Positions 58,827 through 64,000 of a stretch of 64,000 nt of DNA are shown piece after piece (positions within the stretch are counted from its first letter, which is position 1; each line of letters opens with the position of its first letter). The notes beneath the pieces are model-generated. The model ran no database searches and was not told the origin of the DNA. It saw only the letters and a list, made by a program, of their open reading frames with translations. The DNA is taken from the NCBI GenBank assembly GCA_044229315.1, contig JBGATG010000007.1, forward strand, positions 4,903 through 68,902, in the 5' to 3' direction. Origin of the DNA: Bacteroidia bacterium. GTDB lineage: Bacteria > Bacteroidota > Bacteroidia > B-17B0 > Aurantibacillaceae. A program made the translations under genes and the position numbers.

Positions 58827-59816
58827 ATGTTAAAGAAAACGTATATCGCGTTAGGATTATTTTTGAGTCTGGGTTTAGTTGCCCAGGACAAAGTAAAATA
58901 CTTTACGCTTGAATACACCGGAGGAAAGGTTACCAATAGCCTGTTCAGCAACTTAAAATTTATCGATTCGCGTGAGGATACCAGTTGCTTTGGCTCAGTG
59001 CGTTTAGGCTTGTTGGACAAAGAAGCTAAGGTTGTTTCGGAAGGGAGTTTTGAAATGCAGTTAGGGGTGCTCCTCACAAAATTAAATGGCGAGAAGGTAG
59101 CGAACAATCAATTGATCTTTCAATTACGTCGCTTGAAATTCGTTGAGAAAGCCGATGCAGGAACTCAGTACGGCTATTGTTTTTTCAGAGCTAATATTTT
59201 TACACCGTACGGTACGGATTTTAAATTGGTATCGAGTATTGATACATTTATGGTGGTTGAATCTAAAAAAGAAGTTACCAAACAGATCATCAATAGCGCA
59301 AATGAATGCGTGATCAGTTTTTTAAAGAATGCGCTAAGTAAAAATGTTGGCTACGGTTTGAGTTTATCATATAATGATATGGTAAAGATCGATAGTATCG
59401 AGAAATCAAGAATTAAAGTTTATACAACTACAGAATATGTGAATGGTATTTATCGTTCATTTGAATCATTCAAAGAACAAACGCCCGAGTATTCTTTGTT
59501 CTCTATTACGTTTGAAGATGGTGAGATCACCGAGATCAAAGCGAAGAACGATAAAGGACGTTTAAGGAAGATCAACTCCGAAGAAGTTTACGCCATTGTG
59601 AATAACGGTAAACCTTACATCTCTGCCGAATTTGGATATTATCCTTTGGTGAAGAATAACAATGATTTCTATTTTATTGGAGATGATAAAGTAAATTATA
59701 TTAAAGGACAGGTTGTGAAGCAGTACGTTTATACACCGGTTCCTATCACCTCTCAATTTGAGATCAAGATCGACCACATGAACGGGCGTTTCATGCGTGT
59801 GAAAGAAATTAAATAG
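58827..59816 (+). CDS. Hypothetical exported protein
   Basis: Signal peptide and a 329-aa ORF with host-like codon use; no motif recognised. Confidence 0.7.
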   Translation: MLKKTYIALGLFLSLGLVAQDKVKYFTLEYTGGKVTNSLFSNLKFIDSREDTSCFGSVRLGLLDKEAKVVSEGSFEMQLGVLLTKLNGEKVANNQLIFQLRRLKFVEKADAGTQYGYCFFRANIFTPYGTDFKLVSSIDTFMVVESKKEVTKQIINSANECVISFLKNALSKNVGYGLSLSYNDMVKIDSIEKSRIKVYTTTEYVNGIYRSFESFKEQTPEYSLFSITFEDGEITEIKAKNDKGRLRKINSEEVYAIVNNGKPYISAEFGYYPLVKNNNDFYFIGDDKVNYIKGQVVKQYVYTPVPITSQFEIKIDHMNGRFMRVKEIK

Positions 59817-59991
59817 GATTCACACACCTTTTACTACACTTTTTTCACTTCACAACCCTAACTGTTAATTTAGAATTCCGTGGACTGTTAAATCCTGTTT
59901 TTTTTCCACAGTTTACCTTACAAAATCCTCATATAATTTCTCAAATCACGCTTCATTTTGGCTTATATTTGCGACACAAAAGGAATTAACC

Positions 59992-61920
59992 ATGAAGAAA
60001 ATCTTTACTCTTATCTTATCAATTTTTACAGGGATTAGCGCCATCAACGCGCAAACTGTATTATTAAATGAAACATTCATTTCTCCATCAACACTGCCAG
60101 GATGGTATATCCAAAATAATTCTAACCCTGTTGGTGGCACAAGTTGGGGGCAGGGAACTGGAACAGTTTTCCCTGCACTGAGTGGTGGCCCTAACGATTA
60201 TGCGGCTACGGGATTTAATGCTACCGGCGCTAATGGTGACATCAACTGTTTTTTAGTAACACCAACATTGAACTTAACTAATGGTGGCGTATTTCAATTT
60301 GCTACCCGCACGTACAGTAGCCCTACCGGGTATGCCGATCATCTTGAAGTGCGATTAGGTATTACAAGTTTATCTACAACTATTCTCTCTGGTACAACCG
60401 CGGTTGGGGCGTTTACTACTGTTTTGCATGACATTAATCCGGGTTTAACTTCAACCGGATATCCTGCTACGTGGACAATCTACACAACTACGCTAAGCAA
60501 CATTACCGGTACCCAAGTGGGACGTTTTGCATTTAGATACGTGGTACCCGATGGAGGTCTCAATGGAAACAATAGCGAATACATTGGAATTGATGATGTG
60601 AAATACACAACTCCTAATTGCCCTACCGCACCGGTTGTTATTAGTCCTGCATCAACTACAGTTTGTGCGGGTGGTTCTGTAACATTTACAGGTAGTGGTG
60701 CAACAACTTATACCTGGACGGGTGGACCTCAAGCTTCAACATATAGCGTGGCTCCGTCTGCTACTACAGTTTATACTTTATCAGGAACTAATCCGGGCGG
60801 ATGTCCGGGTGTTGCAACTTGTACAGTTGTGATCGGTCCTCCACCAAACGTTTCTGTTACAAACGCAACTGTGTGTGCTCAGCAAATGGCAACCATTACT
60901 GCGAGCGGCGCAAGTACCTATAGCTGGAGCAATGGTGGCACAAACGCTTCTATTGTTGTTCCGTCTCCTGTTGGATCAACTGTGGTTTATACTGTAACCG
61001 GATATAACGGACCAACATGTTCAAATACCAAAACAGTTTCAATTTATTCAAATACATTTTTAACTGTTCCAAACAACAGTGTCACAACTTGTCCTAATCA
61101 ATTGATCCTTCTTGGAGCAAATGGTGCAACATCATATTCATGGAGCTCCGGTCAATTAACGCAATCTATCGCTATCACACCAACAGCTAGCGGAATTTAT
61201 GTTGTTTATGGAACACAGGGTTCTTGTACAGAGTCGCAAATGATCACATTGACCATCGATCCGGATCTTGTTGCTCCAAGTTTGACGGTTTGTGCCGGAA
61301 TTTCGGCAACATTAGTTGCTACAGGCGCGCAAACATATAGCTGGAGTAATGGTGCAACAACATCTATCACCGTTGTGAGTCCAACAACAACTACCGTGTA
61401 TAATATTATGGGAACAAGCGGAGCTTGTAACGTAACAAAACAAGTTACAGTTACTATTGGAAATAATTTGTCTGTTGGCGCGTTACAAAAATGTATTGGC
61501 TTGTCAACCCTTCTTCAAGGTTACGGAGCAAATTCATATACTTGGCAACCGATCAATGATTTCAATCCAAGTGTATTGGTAAATCCTACCGGCCCAACTG
61601 TGTATACCTTAACCGGTGTTTCAGGAACTTGTACAGGAACTCGCACATTGCAAGTAACCTGGTGTGCGGGCTTACCTAACAATGGATCTATTAATGAGTC
61701 GGTGAGAGTGTATCCAAATCCATTTGGAACAGCTGTAACTATTAAAGATGCAATTGGCGATGTGAAAATTGTGAACGCTTTAGGACAAGTTGTACTTTCA
61801 ACTAAAGTGGACGGAACAACAACCATCAATACTGAAACATTTGAAAACGGGATCTATTTCATCATTATTACTGATCCTCAAAGCTCGAATAGAAAAGTTG
61901 TACGAGTGATCAAAAATTAA
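59992..61920 (+). CDS. T9SS-secreted protein with cleaved-adhesin (choice-of-anchor J)-like N-domain and Thr/Ser-rich Ig-like repeats
   Basis: GWYIQNNS...FLVTPTL...RFAFRY...IGIDDV; repeated C.G...TL.A.GA.TYSWS units; VYPNP...GIYF...RVIKN. Confidence 0.83.
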   Translation: MKKIFTLILSIFTGISAINAQTVLLNETFISPSTLPGWYIQNNSNPVGGTSWGQGTGTVFPALSGGPNDYAATGFNATGANGDINCFLVTPTLNLTNGGVFQFATRTYSSPTGYADHLEVRLGITSLSTTILSGTTAVGAFTTVLHDINPGLTSTGYPATWTIYTTTLSNITGTQVGRFAFRYVVPDGGLNGNNSEYIGIDDVKYTTPNCPTAPVVISPASTTVCAGGSVTFTGSGATTYTWTGGPQASTYSVAPSATTVYTLSGTNPGGCPGVATCTVVIGPPPNVSVTNATVCAQQMATITASGASTYSWSNGGTNASIVVPSPVGSTVVYTVTGYNGPTCSNTKTVSIYSNTFLTVPNNSVTTCPNQLILLGANGATSYSWSSGQLTQSIAITPTASGIYVVYGTQGSCTESQMITLTIDPDLVAPSLTVCAGISATLVATGAQTYSWSNGATTSITVVSPTTTTVYNIMGTSGACNVTKQVTVTIGNNLSVGALQKCIGLSTLLQGYGANSYTWQPINDFNPSVLVNPTGPTVYTLTGVSGTCTGTRTLQVTWCAGLPNNGSINESVRVYPNPFGTAVTIKDAIGDVKIVNALGQVVLSTKVDGTTTINTETFENGIYFIIITDPQSSNRKVVRVIKN

Positions 61921-61939
61921 TCGATTTTTTAAATAGTTT

Positions 61940-61972
61940 AAAAAGACCCTCCGAGATGAGGGTCTTTTTTTT
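61940..61972. terminator. Intrinsic terminator
   Basis: AAAAAGACCCTC-CGAGAT-GAGGGTCTTTTT. Confidence 0.85.
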
Positions 61973-62123
61973 GGCACTAAAATCTCACGCTTCAAAGTAC
62001 AAAGCAATTATTCAACAATTTATTAATGTTGCAGCGCTTCATTTCATGCGTATCCACAACAAAGATCTAAGGCAGAATGTACCGTAAAAGATGAAAAATC
62101 GGCGCAAGCGCGATCGGCAACTC

Positions 62124-63158
62124 CTAAACGGAAAATTGATCGGAATTAAGATCAGAGAATTTTTTCACACCTTTTATAAAGTGTGCGTAAACAATGCTAT
62201 TCTTGTACGTGTTTGAGAAACGCAATTGATATCCCGGCAATTGTTGGAGCGCTTTTCTTTTTTGTTTGATACTTCCTAATTGCGAGTAATACGAAAAATG
62301 CGCCCGTAAAATGGCCCAAATATGATTGAATTGCAAAGTAAAAAGCAATTTGATACCGGCTACTCCATCCAATATCAAACGCAAAAAGATCTTAGTGAAT
62401 AAACCGTTTGAGGGATGATTTTTTGTGAGTGTGATCAAGCTGTTTCTGAAATTCAAATATGTTTTTCGCGCGCTCTGTTTGTTCAGTGTTCCTCCGCCAA
62501 CGTGAAATACCTTGCTCGCGGGATTCACTACCACTTTGTGACCAAGATTTTGCATTCTCCAGCAAAGATCGATCTCTTCCATGTGCGCGAAATAGTCCGC
62601 GTCAAATCCGCCCACCTGCCAAAATACTTTTGAGCGCACAAGCAAACAAGCGCCACTCACCCAGAATACTTCGCGTACATCGTTGTATTGCCCTTTATCT
62701 TCTTCAATAAAGTCAAAGATCCTACCTCTGCAAAAAGGATAGCCATACGCATCCATAAATCCACCCGATGCGCCGGCGTATTCAAAAAGTGATCTATTCT
62801 TGTGATCAATTAATTTTGGTTGACTCGCAGCAATTTTTTCGTCCGACTCCATCAACTCCACTAAAGGTTGCAACCAGTTACTGCCAACTTCTACATCGTT
62901 GTTCAGCAACATGTAGTAGTTTGCTTCAACTTTTTTTAAGGCTTCATTATAACCTCCCGCGTAACCAAGGTTCTCCGAGTTCTGAATGAGTTTTACATTG
63001 GGAAAATTGGCCTTCAAATAAGCGATGGAATCATCCGTGCTGGCATTATCAGCAACAATAACTTCGTGAGGCGCGGAAGAGGTGATAACACCTGCCAGAA
63101 ATTGCTCTAAAAAACGTTTTCCGTTATAATTTAAAATTACGACCGCTAATGTTTGCAT
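62124..63158 (-). CDS. Glycosyltransferase family 2
   Basis: VVILNYNG, DNASTD, LLNNDVE, HMEEIDLCWR; start reassigned to the ATG at 63158. Confidence 0.9.
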   Translation of the reverse strand: MQTLAVVILNYNGKRFLEQFLAGVITSSAPHEVIVADNASTDDSIAYLKANFPNVKLIQNSENLGYAGGYNEALKKVEANYYMLLNNDVEVGSNWLQPLVELMESDEKIAASQPKLIDHKNRSLFEYAGASGGFMDAYGYPFCRGRIFDFIEEDKGQYNDVREVFWVSGACLLVRSKVFWQVGGFDADYFAHMEEIDLCWRMQNLGHKVVVNPASKVFHVGGGTLNKQSARKTYLNFRNSLITLTKNHPSNGLFTKIFLRLILDGVAGIKLLFTLQFNHIWAILRAHFSYYSQLGSIKQKRKALQQLPGYQLRFSNTYKNSIVYAHFIKGVKKFSDLNSDQFSV

Positions 63159-63159
63159 A

Positions 63160-64000
63160 TTATCTCGGACTGTTGAACAGATCGTCCGCTTGCTTACTTG
63201 AATTGTTGGGTGAGTTATTGTCGGAATTTTGAATGCCTTGAGTGTCATGCTTGGATACCTCGTATTGCCAGCGTGGATTATTAACCTCACCCTTCATGTC
63301 GCTGTGTTCTATTTTATAGCAATCGTCGGCAATATTCTTGTTCACAAAAATAAATTTACGGTTCGTGAAGAATTGCCCGTTGGTTTTATCAGTGATGCGA
63401 TAATATTGCCAGATCTCATACGGATAGGTATTTGGTTCATTCAATACTTGGCTGCGTTGATTTGGTTTCCCATATTGTAAATACACGCGCCCTCTGTCTG
63501 TGTAATAACCTTTTTGCTTTCCGCATTTGAACAATACTGCTACTTCATTCACACTCTTCAAATAGTCCATCCATAATTTCATTGGATTCACCGAGTCGCC
63601 CGCCAGATCTTTCCAGTATTTTATAAGGTAATTTCGCATCACGCTTGTATCACCCTTCAGTGAATGATTGATCTGGAATTCGCGCTCCTTCATATTGGAT
63701 ATTGGCCATAAGCATTCCAAATAGATCTTCAACGTGTCCTTACTTTTTACATGCTCAAAATAATTTTCTATAGAACCGATCTTATAATTTCCTGAATTGA
63801 ATGTGGTTGGAAGTGAATTCTTGCGCTGAAAAAAAACTTTTTCCTGGAGTTGGATGATGTTTTTGTCGTCGCGGATCTCTACCACTAAATTATAATTCCC
63901 CGACGGAAGATCAGTAATGTCTATCTGTGCAAGCAAAGGATTTACAGCCGCGGTTTGTAGTTTTTTGAAACCCGCGTAAGGATCAACCGGTTTTAAATTA
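63160..64000 (-). CDS. GWxTD-domain-like protein, 5' end truncated
   Basis: GYYTDRGRVYLQYGKP...YEIWQY; the frame stays open to the window edge. Confidence 0.78.
   Translation of the reverse strand, partial: NLKPVDPYAGFKKLQTAAVNPLLAQIDITDLPSGNYNLVVEIRDDKNIIQLQEKVFFQRKNSLPTTFNSGNYKIGSIENYFEHVKSKDTLKIYLECLWPISNMKEREFQINHSLKGDTSVMRNYLIKYWKDLAGDSVNPMKLWMDYLKSVNEVAVLFKCGKQKGYYTDRGRVYLQYGKPNQRSQVLNEPNTYPYEIWQYYRITDKTNGQFFTNRKFIFVNKNIADDCYKIEHSDMKGEVNNPRWQYEVSKHDTQGIQNSDNNSPNNSSKQADDLFNSPR

Noticed and set aside
1-64000. Prophage, integrase, IS transposase, rRNA or known riboswitch
   Set aside because: No such motifs were recognised on either strand by manual reading; covariance-model searches were not possible.

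Overview
Chromosomal window from a Bacteroidota bacterium, judged from TAnnTTTG promoter boxes, four T9SS C-terminal sorting domains and Bacteroidota-type gene order. About 1-10.8 kb is an AT-richer accessory block. It holds a LytS/YehU-type histidine kinase (truncated at the left edge) divergent from three AmpC-fold serine hydrolases, two S41 peptidases (one frameshifted) and a TPR protein. Three promoters in this block share a 9-bp direct repeat with a 12-bp spacer, 27-29 bp before a TAnnTTTG box, which is LytTR-operator geometry. The block ends at a small GIY-YIG gene that runs into the 3' half of a tRNA-fMet. The rest is mostly core genome (rbfA, miaA, obgE, adk, hpt, tsaC, purA, lpdA, clpC, gyrA, ettA, ispE, nnr, dnaB, rpmI, rplT) with several oddities: a second GIY-YIG gene embedded in five REP-like palindromes, an alpha-2-macroglobulin with an intact GCFEQ thioester motif, adenylate kinase fused to a histone-H1-like tail, a Mom/GNAT-like gene coupled between obgE and miaA, an uncalled 39-aa Cys-rich membrane protein, and several intergenic repeat families. 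No CRISPR array, rRNA or intact tRNA was seen. All product calls come from motif recognition by eye; no database search was run.
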